Below, piece by piece: positions 27,840 through 36,476 of a stretch of DNA of 64,000 nucleotides. Every line of letters starts with the position of its first letter. Within the stretch, counting starts at the first letter, position 1. Source of the stretch: a virus. Taxonomy: Duplodnaviria > Caudoviricetes. The notes under the pieces were generated by a model. That model was not told where the DNA came from. It was given only the letters and a program-made list of their open reading frames with translations, and did no database searches. The stretch lies in the IMG/VR virus record IMGVR_UViG_3300028805_000048; one strand, given 5' to 3'. Position numbers and translations under genes: made by a program.

Positions 27840-28154
27840 ATGATTTTCTATACAGAGTTTAAAAATAGAATGAAACTAAGTGAGTTTTTATATGAAATTT
27901 TTTATAAAGAAAATTGTATTAGATATCAAATATCATTGATTTTACCTGGTTGTATAAAATTTAATTATTTACAGCAATACCAAATACATAGAATTGAAGA
28001 AATTTTAAAAAATGTTTATTTATATGATTATTTTGAAATCTATCAATCAAATGATCGTAAAAAAATGGTTGTTGAATTAAAAAATGAATATAACAATGAA
28101 GAAAAGGTAGAAAATATTATATTAATTCTCAAATTAAAAGGATTATTTTTATAA
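27840..28154 (+). CDS. Small protein, C-terminal motif family
   Basis: Ends ENIILILKLKGLFL. Confidence 0.75.
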   Translation: MIFYTEFKNRMKLSEFLYEIFYKENCIRYQISLILPGCIKFNYLQQYQIHRIEEILKNVYLYDYFEIYQSNDRKKMVVELKNEYNNEEKVENIILILKLKGLFL

Positions 28155-28192
28155 AACTCACGATTTCAAAAATTGCAAAGGGTAATAAATTA

Positions 28193-28549
28193 ATGATTAA
28201 TTATAAAAAATATGATGAAATAGTTAGAATGTTGAACAATTTAGTGAATAAATATTTTCCTAAAGAAAATGATTCTATCGATTCACCTGTTTTTATTGTT
28301 CAAAACTGTTTAAAATATTCAGAAAAAACACTTGCTAGTGTACCTACATATATATGGTTTAAAGTTTATAATAACAATGACGTTTTTGCTTTTTATAATC
28401 CAAAGAATAGAAAAGAAACAGTGGAGTATTTCATAAATAATTGGAATTTTATATGTCAAGAAGAAAATTATACACGTAGAAAATATATTACCTTTAAAGT
28501 AAATGATGTTGATGAATTATATATGTCATTAAAATTATTAATTTCTTAA
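28193..28549 (+). CDS. Small protein, C-terminal motif family (divergent)
   Basis: Ends DELYMSLKLLIS. Confidence 0.7.
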   Translation: MINYKKYDEIVRMLNNLVNKYFPKENDSIDSPVFIVQNCLKYSEKTLASVPTYIWFKVYNNNDVFAFYNPKNRKETVEYFINNWNFICQEENYTRRKYITFKVNDVDELYMSLKLLIS

Positions 28550-28557
28550 AAACAAAA

Positions 28558-28588
28558 GCTTTACTTTTTATATTTTTAACTATATTAT
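28558..28588 (+). promoter_or_regulatory. Sigma70-like early promoter
   Basis: GC-TTTACT-N17-TATTAT. Confidence 0.65.
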
Positions 28589-28628
28589 ATAAATAGTTAA
28601 AATACGAAAAGGTGTAAAGGTATAAATA

Positions 28629-28991
28629 ATGAAATTGCGTCAAGGAGATATAGTTTATATACAAAAAGAAGACAATAGTGATCCAGATAAGTGGCATAAA
28701 TCTAATGAAATTTATGTTATAAGAGATCAAAGTGAACAATCTGTACATTTAAAAGTAACACATAAAATAAGTGATGATGATTTTGTTGAATATAAAGAAT
28801 TAATATATGCTAAATTGAGTAAAATATTTTTATATTTTGCCGGTTATGGAAGAATGAAAGAATTAGATTATTTAGAATTAAATTTAATTTGCGCAGAATT
28901 AGAAATACCAAGTCAAGTCGTTGAAAAGTTTGTAAACGTCTGTAATGGTGAAAAGATTAATAAAAGCAAAATACATTATGTATACCTATAA
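28629..28991 (+). CDS. Small protein, second C-terminal motif family
   Basis: LDYLEL...LEIPSQVVEKFVNVCN. Confidence 0.75.
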   Translation: MKLRQGDIVYIQKEDNSDPDKWHKSNEIYVIRDQSEQSVHLKVTHKISDDDFVEYKELIYAKLSKIFLYFAGYGRMKELDYLELNLICAELEIPSQVVEKFVNVCNGEKINKSKIHYVYL

Positions 28992-29014
28992 AACTATTTA
29001 TGAGGAAATAAAAA

Positions 29015-29356
29015 GTGACAATGTTAGCTGATAAATACTTTCAAATAAGACCAGATTTCAGAATAGAATTGTTTGGTAATGATAACCAAGGTTGGGGTGA
29101 TGGTAGAATATTTTTAACTGGTACAAAAATATTAGATGATAGTCTACGCTTAGTAGAAAATCAATATACGTTTATATATGATATATATCAAAATAGTTAT
29201 AAACTGCGTTTATATAATAACATTGACAATAGTCAAGTATTAGATTATTTTCAAACATTAATTGAACTTAAAAAATTCAATATACCAGACGAAATCGGTA
29301 ATGAATTTTTAGAATTGTGCAATAAAGCTCGTTCTGATTTAATTATAGTTAAATGA
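29015..29356 (+). CDS. Small protein, second C-terminal motif family
   Basis: LDYFQT...FNIPDEIGNEFLELCN. Confidence 0.75.
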   Translation: MTMLADKYFQIRPDFRIELFGNDNQGWGDGRIFLTGTKILDDSLRLVENQYTFIYDIYQNSYKLRLYNNIDNSQVLDYFQTLIELKKFNIPDEIGNEFLELCNKARSDLIIVK

Positions 29357-29383
29357 GGCAATGCTTATTAAAGGTTATAAAAA

Positions 29384-29713
29384 ATGACTATACGAATACT
29401 TGATACAGATATAATCTTTCACGATAAAAAAGAAAAAAATCGTTTATTGATGATTAGAAAAACATATATTAAATTATATGATACATACGTTATATATCTT
29501 ATGAGCTTATATAAGCATACTTGTTATGGATATAGACAAGAATTTGAAATAATGAAAAATAATGAAAATGCTTATTGTTTAAATTTTCCTAGTTTAGGAA
29601 GAATTTACACTTTTGATTATTTAGAAATATTGTTAAAATCACAGCAGATGAATATACCTGATAATGTGATGAATGAATTTATAAATATCTGTAACAAATA
29701 TCATAATAGATAG
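29384..29713 (+). CDS. Small protein, second C-terminal motif family
   Basis: FDYLEI...MNIPDNVMNEFINICN. Confidence 0.75.
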   Translation: MTIRILDTDIIFHDKKEKNRLLMIRKTYIKLYDTYVIYLMSLYKHTCYGYRQEFEIMKNNENAYCLNFPSLGRIYTFDYLEILLKSQQMNIPDNVMNEFINICNKYHNR

Positions 29714-29720
29714 TTATGAT

Positions 29721-30599
29721 TTATTGTTGCTTTTCATACCATTTCATAAATTCTTCAAGAGTCCAAAATTCTAGCCAGTTAAGATTATTCTTTTTAGCAG
29801 TTTCACGTTTTAATGGATCAGAAACAGTCCAGACGCATATCGCTACATCATAACTTTTATAACCTTCTTTGGCTTTTTGTTTCCATTTTCTTAACGTTTC
29901 TCTATGAATTTCATTATTTTCATCAAAAGGTCCAAGTGGTTTATTTAATATCCATCCATGGGTCCAATAACCTTGATATTCGATCCAAGTATCAACTTCT
30001 GGAATATAAAAATCACAAGCAAATGGATATTTTTCTGTATTGTATTGTCTTTTTGTAAACGGATAAATGACTTTTAATAATTCATATATGTAATCTTCAG
30101 TTTTAGATTTTTTAAATAAATTGTGTTTTTTCTTTGTTTCAAATGCCTTTTTCCAGATGTTTTTATTTTGCATATTGTGTTCGACGCCATATCGATTTAA
30201 ATTAGTTTGTTTTATTTTGTTTTTAACCTCATCTAATTGAAATACATTAATTATTTCATTATCATTCAAATACTTATCCATTTTTTCTTTATAATCTTTT
30301 GTTTTGAAATATATATCATCACCATATTTCTCTTTACAAGTATGTTTAATCTTTTTTAATGTTTCTGGAATACCTCCTGCATTCGTTGTACCATATTTTT
30401 CTAAACATATTTTTTCTGTATTTTTTACACGTAAAGAAATAGGTTTGCGTATATTCAATTCAGCTATTCGTTCTTTAAGTAAGGCTTCTGAAACTTCAAA
30501 ATATTTAGCTAATTCTTTTCTTGTTTTATTTTCAACTATGTAAAGTTGATATAATTCATCATAATGAATTTTATTACGTAAATTTTTCATGTTTTTCAT
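29721..30599 (-). CDS. Putative endonuclease (HTH, KYG repeats, Vsr/DUF559-like domain)
   Basis: RKELAKYFEVS HTH; repeated EKYG/RYG units; CDFYIP..WIEYQGYWTHG. Confidence 0.65.
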   Translation of the reverse strand: MKNMKNLRNKIHYDELYQLYIVENKTRKELAKYFEVSEALLKERIAELNIRKPISLRVKNTEKICLEKYGTTNAGGIPETLKKIKHTCKEKYGDDIYFKTKDYKEKMDKYLNDNEIINVFQLDEVKNKIKQTNLNRYGVEHNMQNKNIWKKAFETKKKHNLFKKSKTEDYIYELLKVIYPFTKRQYNTEKYPFACDFYIPEVDTWIEYQGYWTHGWILNKPLGPFDENNEIHRETLRKWKQKAKEGYKSYDVAICVWTVSDPLKRETAKKNNLNWLEFWTLEEFMKWYEKQQ

Positions 30600-30713
30600 C
30601 TAAACAATATTTTAACCATTTATATAGAACTATAAAAAATGGTTAGATAACATAAGCTATCTAACCAAATCGGTTAAAATATCACGTAAAACATGACCTT
30701 ATATAGAACTATA

Positions 30714-31520
30714 TTATGCCCATAAACCTTGTTTTAAAACAGCATGATTTTTTAAAGAATCTGTTTCTTCTTTGAGTTTTTCAAGACGTTTTTGTAATGC
30801 ATCTGTAGAAATTTGAAAATCTGCATCAAACTTAACACCATCGCGCGCTTGTATAATTGATTCGATAAAACGGTATGATATAAATTTACAAACTATATCA
30901 ACATTATCAAATTCAACATATTCTGGAGTATCATAACCCCAATATGTTTGAAAAGACATTTGACCAATACCAAATGCAGGATGAAGATAAACGCGTTCTT
31001 CTTCCGTCGATATAGTATATTGTGGTTGACCGGCAGATAATTCATCTAAAGTGTTATTGTATAACAAACCTAATACATCTTTATTTGTCGCACTCACTGA
31101 GCCAACATTCGCAACTCCTAGCATGGCCATATCCCAAATTGATGGATTGGCTAAAAGGGTCCATGGAGCTCTTTCCATTTTACCTAAACCTAAGAAATAT
31201 GCATGATCTAAATCTTTACATGCTGGAACAGAATATTCTAATATTTCATCAAATGTAAAATATGTTGCGCCATTTTCCTGATGAGGAGGTTTTACGCCAT
31301 TCCATACAAATCCAATTGTAGAATCTGAACCACTTGTTGTGCTATATGTTGTGATATACATACTGCGTCTTGGATAATAACGGTAATAGTCCATTGTTCC
31401 AAGCATGATAGCTCTTTCACGCAACAAACTTTCTTTTTGTGATATTTCTAAGTTTGGATTTGCTAAATCTAGATCTAAAGCAGCGTTAACGACTTTCATT
31501 ACAGGATTTAATTTTGTCAT
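30714..31520 (-). CDS. Putative neck / head-completion protein (T4 gp13-like)
   Basis: Size, N-terminal helix ending DYY and C-terminal helix-turn-coiled coil resemble gp13; in an AGTTCTA operon. Confidence 0.4.
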   Translation of the reverse strand: MTKLNPVMKVVNAALDLDLANPNLEISQKESLLRERAIMLGTMDYYRYYPRRSMYITTYSTTSGSDSTIGFVWNGVKPPHQENGATYFTFDEILEYSVPACKDLDHAYFLGLGKMERAPWTLLANPSIWDMAMLGVANVGSVSATNKDVLGLLYNNTLDELSAGQPQYTISTEEERVYLHPAFGIGQMSFQTYWGYDTPEYVEFDNVDIVCKFISYRFIESIIQARDGVKFDADFQISTDALQKRLEKLKEETDSLKNHAVLKQGLWA

Positions 31521-31538
31521 CTCATTATATCCTTTTTT

Positions 31539-31991
31539 TTAATAATCTGTAGTATGTAATTCAATTCTTCCTGAATTAATTAATTTCTGTGCTACTTGCT
31601 CTTTATAACCTTCTGGTAACATTTCTGTAATGTCAATCCAATTTGTTCTATCTTTAGCCCAATCTTCTAAATATATTTTAGAGACGGTTAATTCTTCATC
31701 ATATGGATAACCTTCAATTTCATATTCTATTTTACAGTCTAATTCACAAGTTGGAATAAGATTACCTTGTTCATCTTTAAGATCTTCATCTGAAAGAATG
31801 TTTGCGTTGATAATTGTTTGATATATCTGTTCATTTAATGGTAAATCTAATGTCCATATAATTTCATCATCACCTGTATGATCAAACGGATGTTGTGAAG
31901 CATATTTCAATTCACTTTCATCATCCCATTCTTTAAGATCTATATTATTTTCTTGTAAAACTTTGTGTACTAATTGTTCAAATTGATACAT
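31539..31991 (-). CDS. Putative internal head protein, leader B, acidic cargo
   Basis: MYQFEQLVHKVLQENNIDLKE; AGTTCTA at 32036-32042. Confidence 0.6.
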   Translation of the reverse strand: MYQFEQLVHKVLQENNIDLKEWDDESELKYASQHPFDHTGDDEIIWTLDLPLNEQIYQTIINANILSDEDLKDEQGNLIPTCELDCKIEYEIEGYPYDEELTVSKIYLEDWAKDRTNWIDITEMLPEGYKEQVAQKLINSGRIELHTTDY

Positions 31992-32048
31992 ATCTAAATA
32001 ACCTATATTTTTAATGAAGTTTAAACTTATATAATTAGAACTAGCATA

Positions 32049-32312
32049 TAAAACAACAGGTTCCTCTAGGTTAATTACTCCTATTGGAACCTGCTTTTTT
32101 CATGAAAAATACATAGAAGCCTTGACTTCGCTTATATTTCCCGGATTTGCACCGTACTACATATTTTTCTTAGCTATATCTACCTAATCAACTGGATACA
32201 TATATTGATCAAATACACTTACAGTCCGATACCGATATAAAGACAAGATACTGCCTTATCTTTGTTACCTGAAACATCTTTATGGCCACTCAATCAGGAC
32301 TCACCAAAGATA
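32049..32312 (-). ncRNA. Candidate structured ncRNA with T-loop hairpin
   Basis: Own GGCTTTACA promoter (32341-32349, minus), multiple helices, terminator caggttcc/ggaacctg, no ORF. Confidence 0.6.
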
Positions 32313-32395
32313 TATTTTATATATAATAAAGTGTTGGTTTTGTAAAGCCTTTTTATAAAGTTCTAAAAATTAAATATTTTTTAAGGATAATTATA

Positions 32396-32896
32396 ATGAT
32401 GACTTTAGAAGAAAGAATAGAAGATTTACGTCGTAAAGTTAATGAACTTTTAGGTGAAGATGTTTATCATTTTGATAAGTATCATACAGATAGAACAAAT
32501 ATAAACAATTTTATGAAAACATATAGTGGTATATTTATGCCACTCGATAAAAATAAAGATTATGAATATAAATCTCTTAAAAGCTTTGTGAAAAGAAATT
32601 TGAATAGAAATACATATTTCGCTAATAAAAATTTAAATAAAAATTATGTAGATTTAAATAATCAAAATGATGTAAACGAAATTACAAAAGCATTAAATGA
32701 TCTTAAAGAAGATACATATGCCTATGATGCTTTCAAAGATTTATCAAATAGATTAGGTTTGAGTGAAATAAATACTCTTTGTATTTTAATGAGTCTTTGT
32801 CATGGATTAGAATTAAGTAAAGTTGAAGAATATAAACTTAATACAGCTAATCAGTATGGATTAAGATACGGTCAAAAATCAACTAAAGTCGCATAA
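32396..32896 (+). CDS. Hypothetical late protein with possible leader ending LLGE
   Basis: AGTTCTA at 32359-32365. Confidence 0.65.
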   Translation: MMTLEERIEDLRRKVNELLGEDVYHFDKYHTDRTNINNFMKTYSGIFMPLDKNKDYEYKSLKSFVKRNLNRNTYFANKNLNKNYVDLNNQNDVNEITKALNDLKEDTYAYDAFKDLSNRLGLSEINTLCILMSLCHGLELSKVEEYKLNTANQYGLRYGQKSTKVA

Positions 32897-32898
32897 TT

Positions 32899-32930
32899 GG
32901 CTTTACTTTTAATTTGAAATAGTTTATTTG
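32899..32930 (+). promoter_or_regulatory. Sigma70-like early promoter
   Basis: GGC-TTTACT-N17-TATTTG. Confidence 0.55.
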
Positions 32931-32951
32931 TTATTTTAAAGGAAATAACAA

Positions 32952-33518
32952 ATGCTAAAAGATTTTATTTTAAACTTAACAAAAGCTGAATATAAAATTA
33001 ACCTTTTAATGCTTGGAAAAAAAGAAGCTTTAAAAGATAATAAATATTGTCTTTTTTCATTAACTGGACAAGAATGGCGAAATTGTTCTATTTTATCATA
33101 TACTGATTCTAGACAATTTGTTTCTGAAAAAGAAATAGTAGAATTATTTGAAGATAAAATAGAAAAAATATATCCTTCTCTTTGTAAAGTTGGATATTAC
33201 GATTTTGATAAAACAGGAATCTGTGGTATATATGAAGATAAACTCAGTGACTTTGTAAAAGATATTGAATTACCAAAAGAATACGAATATTTGCTCATAA
33301 AAAGATTTTTACAAGGATATCTTACTTTAACTTTAAATTCTACAAATACACTCACGCCAACTTTCAAACTAAGAAAAGCTTGGACAGATATAAATGATAT
33401 AAAAAGAATAGAAAAAGAATATCTTCTAAAACTTGTTAAAGAAACAGAATATGATTATGAATTAAAGATTTGTGAACCAGATGGTCTTCTTGGATTATTA
33501 ATGATGAAAGAAGACTAA
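32952..33518 (+). CDS. Hypothetical protein with divergent C-terminal motif
   Basis: Ends DGLLGLLMMKED. Confidence 0.7.
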   Translation: MLKDFILNLTKAEYKINLLMLGKKEALKDNKYCLFSLTGQEWRNCSILSYTDSRQFVSEKEIVELFEDKIEKIYPSLCKVGYYDFDKTGICGIYEDKLSDFVKDIELPKEYEYLLIKRFLQGYLTLTLNSTNTLTPTFKLRKAWTDINDIKRIEKEYLLKLVKETEYDYELKICEPDGLLGLLMMKED

Positions 33519-34117
33519 TCCTCTTTTACAGAATCATTTCCGTAAATATCCATCCCTCTTGCTTTTTGAGCAAAATATTCATCGCTATCGTATTGTAAAG
33601 ACTTTGGTGGATGTTTATATTCTTCATATGTCAATTCTGGATTAGCATACCAGTCGTTAAATTCGTCCATGTTAAATATCTCAACATATCGATAACCTAA
33701 CTCTTTAGCTATTTTACGCTTTAATGGCTCTAACTCTGTCCATGTATAAAGAACTTTCGCGTAATAATCACCTTTTTTAGACTTAAGCCATTCTACATCA
33801 GCTTGACAGCTTGGATCTTCTGGATCGTATGGACGTCTTCCATGACGCCAGTTTTTATTGATTTGAATCATCATCTTTTCAGATGGTACATAAGCATCTA
33901 CTTGCCACGGTCTATGATTAGAAGGATTGCGAAAATCATCAAAAGTCACAGATTTTTCTGCATCTGGCCATTTTTTCTTGATCAAATTCCAATAGTATTC
34001 TTCGTCTTCAGAGCTATTATATCCGCTATCTTTATCGAATATTTTTCCATCGCCTTCTTCGAGGTTATAACCGTAATTTTCTAATATGCTTTCTACAAGC
34101 TTTTCAAACTGAGACAT
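33515..34117 (-). CDS. Putative internal head protein, leader B plus Vsr/DUF559-like domain
   Basis: MSQFEKLVESILENYGYNLEE; VDAYVP..QINKNWRHG aligns with 29721. Confidence 0.6.
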   Translation of the reverse strand: MSQFEKLVESILENYGYNLEEGDGKIFDKDSGYNSSEDEEYYWNLIKKKWPDAEKSVTFDDFRNPSNHRPWQVDAYVPSEKMMIQINKNWRHGRRPYDPEDPSCQADVEWLKSKKGDYYAKVLYTWTELEPLKRKIAKELGYRYVEIFNMDEFNDWYANPELTYEEYKHPPKSLQYDSDEYFAQKARGMDIYGNDSVKED

Positions 34118-34187
34118 ATCTTAATAAATCCTATATTTCATGATGTTATTTAGAACTTAATTTTTGTAAATTAAGACAATGATAAAA

Positions 34188-34219
34188 GGCTTTACATGAT
34201 AAATGCAATATGATATTAT
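34188..34219 (+). promoter_or_regulatory. Sigma70-like early promoter
   Basis: GGC-TTTACA-N17-TATTAT. Confidence 0.65.
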
Positions 34220-34248
34220 TTATTATATTTGATGTAAAGGAATTTGTC

Positions 34249-34557
34249 ATGGGTCGATACACATTAAAAACTGCTAAAAATAAACATAAAAAAGAATTTT
34301 CTTGTGTTGAAAAATGGGATGGTGAAAGTGGTGATGTATTTTCAATAGAAATAATTGGTAATAATTTAAAAGATACATATATTTCGTATGACGTGTATCA
34401 TGATTTTATCATATCTATCAATAAAGATAAATCGTTACGTTATGAGCATTTCGATTTGTTAAAGCTGTTAGTATTTATAGAGATGTATGATATTCCTAAA
34501 AAAGTCGTAGAAAAATTTATTTCAAAAATAACAGCTATAAGACAAAAAATTAACTAA
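34249..34557 (+). CDS. Small protein, second C-terminal motif family
   Basis: FDLLKL...YDIPKKVVEKFI. Confidence 0.7.
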   Translation: MGRYTLKTAKNKHKKEFSCVEKWDGESGDVFSIEIIGNNLKDTYISYDVYHDFIISINKDKSLRYEHFDLLKLLVFIEMYDIPKKVVEKFISKITAIRQKIN

Positions 34558-34618
34558 AGGTTTTACAATTTACTTCATGCATGGATAGTTAATATATAAA
34601 TTTAAAAAGAGATTAATC

Positions 34619-34936
34619 ATGATAACAGATCATATATACAAATACAAATCAGGTAAAACTTATCACATCGGCTATATTCCAAATATATATTTATATATTG
34701 AAATACGTAACAATAAATTTGTTGAATATTTCATTGATTATGATGCTTTACACATTGATAAAAAAATACATTGTAGGAAATATGATGAAAGTGTATGCAG
34801 TTTTATAATAGATGGTGTATTTTGTTTTGATTTCATGTTGATTGTTTATAAATTGGCTAAATTAAATATTCCAAAAAGAGTATCAAACGCCTTTTTGAAA
34901 AAAGCGCAAGAATTAAATCAATGTTTAAAAGGGTAA
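34619..34936 (+). CDS. Small protein, second C-terminal motif family
   Basis: FDFMLI...LNIPKRVSNAFL. Confidence 0.7.
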   Translation: MITDHIYKYKSGKTYHIGYIPNIYLYIEIRNNKFVEYFIDYDALHIDKKIHCRKYDESVCSFIIDGVFCFDFMLIVYKLAKLNIPKRVSNAFLKKAQELNQCLKG

Positions 34937-34941
34937 TTTGA

Positions 34942-35307
34942 ATGCATAGAATTAATTTTAAACTTCATTATCCTCAATACGATATATCTGAAATATCAGA
35001 TTATATAGTATTTAAAAATTTGATTTTAGATAATAAAGATAAACCGATTATATACAAAAATGATGAAATATATATAAATGATGATTGTACACGTTTATCG
35101 ATTTCATATACTATTTACGGTATGGATATGATGGTGCAAGAGAGTATAGAAGAAGCTATTAATAGAATAAAATATTATATAGTATTAAATGGTTTAGATG
35201 AATACATTAGTGTAAAACAAGATTATGAAACAAATATCATTTTACAATTTTTTGTAAAAAATATAAATGAATTGAAAGTAGATTTTAAATTGAGAGGAAT
35301 AATATAA
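34942..35307 (+). CDS. Small protein, C-terminal motif family
   Basis: Ends NELKVDFKLRGII. Confidence 0.7.
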   Translation: MHRINFKLHYPQYDISEISDYIVFKNLILDNKDKPIIYKNDEIYINDDCTRLSISYTIYGMDMMVQESIEEAINRIKYYIVLNGLDEYISVKQDYETNIILQFFVKNINELKVDFKLRGII

Positions 35308-35609
35308 TGAAAAAATTTACAAATGAACAAATATTTGAATTTCTTATGTTAATTTCTGAAGAATTAAAAGTGTTTATTCCATTTTCTAAAAGAATGGAAA
35401 TTTATCGTTTATATAAAGAAACATATTCTGAAAAGAGTACACCAAATATTAGATTACCTAAATATATATTAAAAGGAATAAAAGAATCTGATATAAAAGA
35501 TTTTGAAAACAAATATGGTTTAATGGTACTCAATAGCTATAATTATGATTTTATAATGTTTTTAGATTTTGATAATTTTTTCACATTTCTAAAATTGAAA
35601 GGTAAATAA
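35307..35609 (+). CDS. Small protein, C-terminal motif family
   Basis: Ends DNFFTFLKLKGK. Confidence 0.75.
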   Translation: MKKFTNEQIFEFLMLISEELKVFIPFSKRMEIYRLYKETYSEKSTPNIRLPKYILKGIKESDIKDFENKYGLMVLNSYNYDFIMFLDFDNFFTFLKLKGK

Positions 35610-36091
35610 TGTTGACGAAAGATGACGAATACATAATGATTGTACACGGTACATTAGGTAGAAAATTTATTAGATGGCTATCTAAACGTTGTGATGTGTT
35701 TGAAGTCAATAAAGTCTGTGATCATGCCATTAGATATGGTGTATATAATGATACAAAAAGATATTCTGATAAAAAGGTTATCGAAAATTTAAAATATAGT
35801 AGACCATACGTTATTAGATTTGAGTTAAATGAAGATATGAAAACTGTACTTCTTTTAGCAGGAATTAATTTAGAGAAATATATCAACGATATGTGGTGTC
35901 CAATATATATAAGTCACAATGCACCATATGGACGAAAGAATATGCGTAAATATTATGGAGCTGCTAATCGTAAAGATTTATGTATAGCAATATTAGCGTA
36001 TTGGTCTCATTCACACCCTAGATGTTTTCCTCATGATATAATTTATTATCATGATAGAAAGAAAGGAGTAGAAAATGGAAACATGGATTGA
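35609..36091 (+). CDS. Hypothetical protein
   Basis: Internal EDMKTVLLLAG resembles the family motif. Confidence 0.7.
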   Translation: MLTKDDEYIMIVHGTLGRKFIRWLSKRCDVFEVNKVCDHAIRYGVYNDTKRYSDKKVIENLKYSRPYVIRFELNEDMKTVLLLAGINLEKYINDMWCPIYISHNAPYGRKNMRKYYGAANRKDLCIAILAYWSHSHPRCFPHDIIYYHDRKKGVENGNMD

Positions 36092-36428
36092 AAACTTAGA
36101 TCATAAAATGCTTATGAATATAATGTTAAATAAGTATTTACTTGATAAAGTAAAAGAAGCTTTAGAAGTAGTCGATGTTGGACATTCTTATAAAGAAGAT
36201 CAAACGTTTCAACTTTGGATAGAATTACGCAAATTACCTAGTAAATCTGATTTACGTGTTAAAGCTATAATCAGAAATATAGGATTAGATAGATATATGA
36301 AAGTAAATTTTAACATAGATAAAAACTATTTATATATTGTATTTAATCTAGATCCAAATTTGACAAAAGAAGACATGGAATCTATATCCGGTATTCTACT
36401 TTTGCTAGGATATGGAAATAATATATAA
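36075..36428 (+). CDS. Small protein, divergent C-terminal motif
   Basis: Ends ESISGILLLLGYGNNI. Confidence 0.7.
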   Translation: METWIENLDHKMLMNIMLNKYLLDKVKEALEVVDVGHSYKEDQTFQLWIELRKLPSKSDLRVKAIIRNIGLDRYMKVNFNIDKNYLYIVFNLDPNLTKEDMESISGILLLLGYGNNI

Positions 36429-36476
36429 TGGCTTTACATTATTTTCTAGTTTTGTATAAATTAATTATATAAAATA

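Noticed and set aside
32100-32170. Cobalamin riboswitch, tmRNA or RNase P, suggested by the T-loop
   Set aside because: No B12 box, no tRNA-like CCA end or tag ORF, no RNase P P4 consensus.
3750-36428. Integron or diversity-generating retroelement behind the gene arrays
   Set aside because: No integrase, attC-like sites, reverse transcriptase or adenine-specific template/variable repeat pair in the window.
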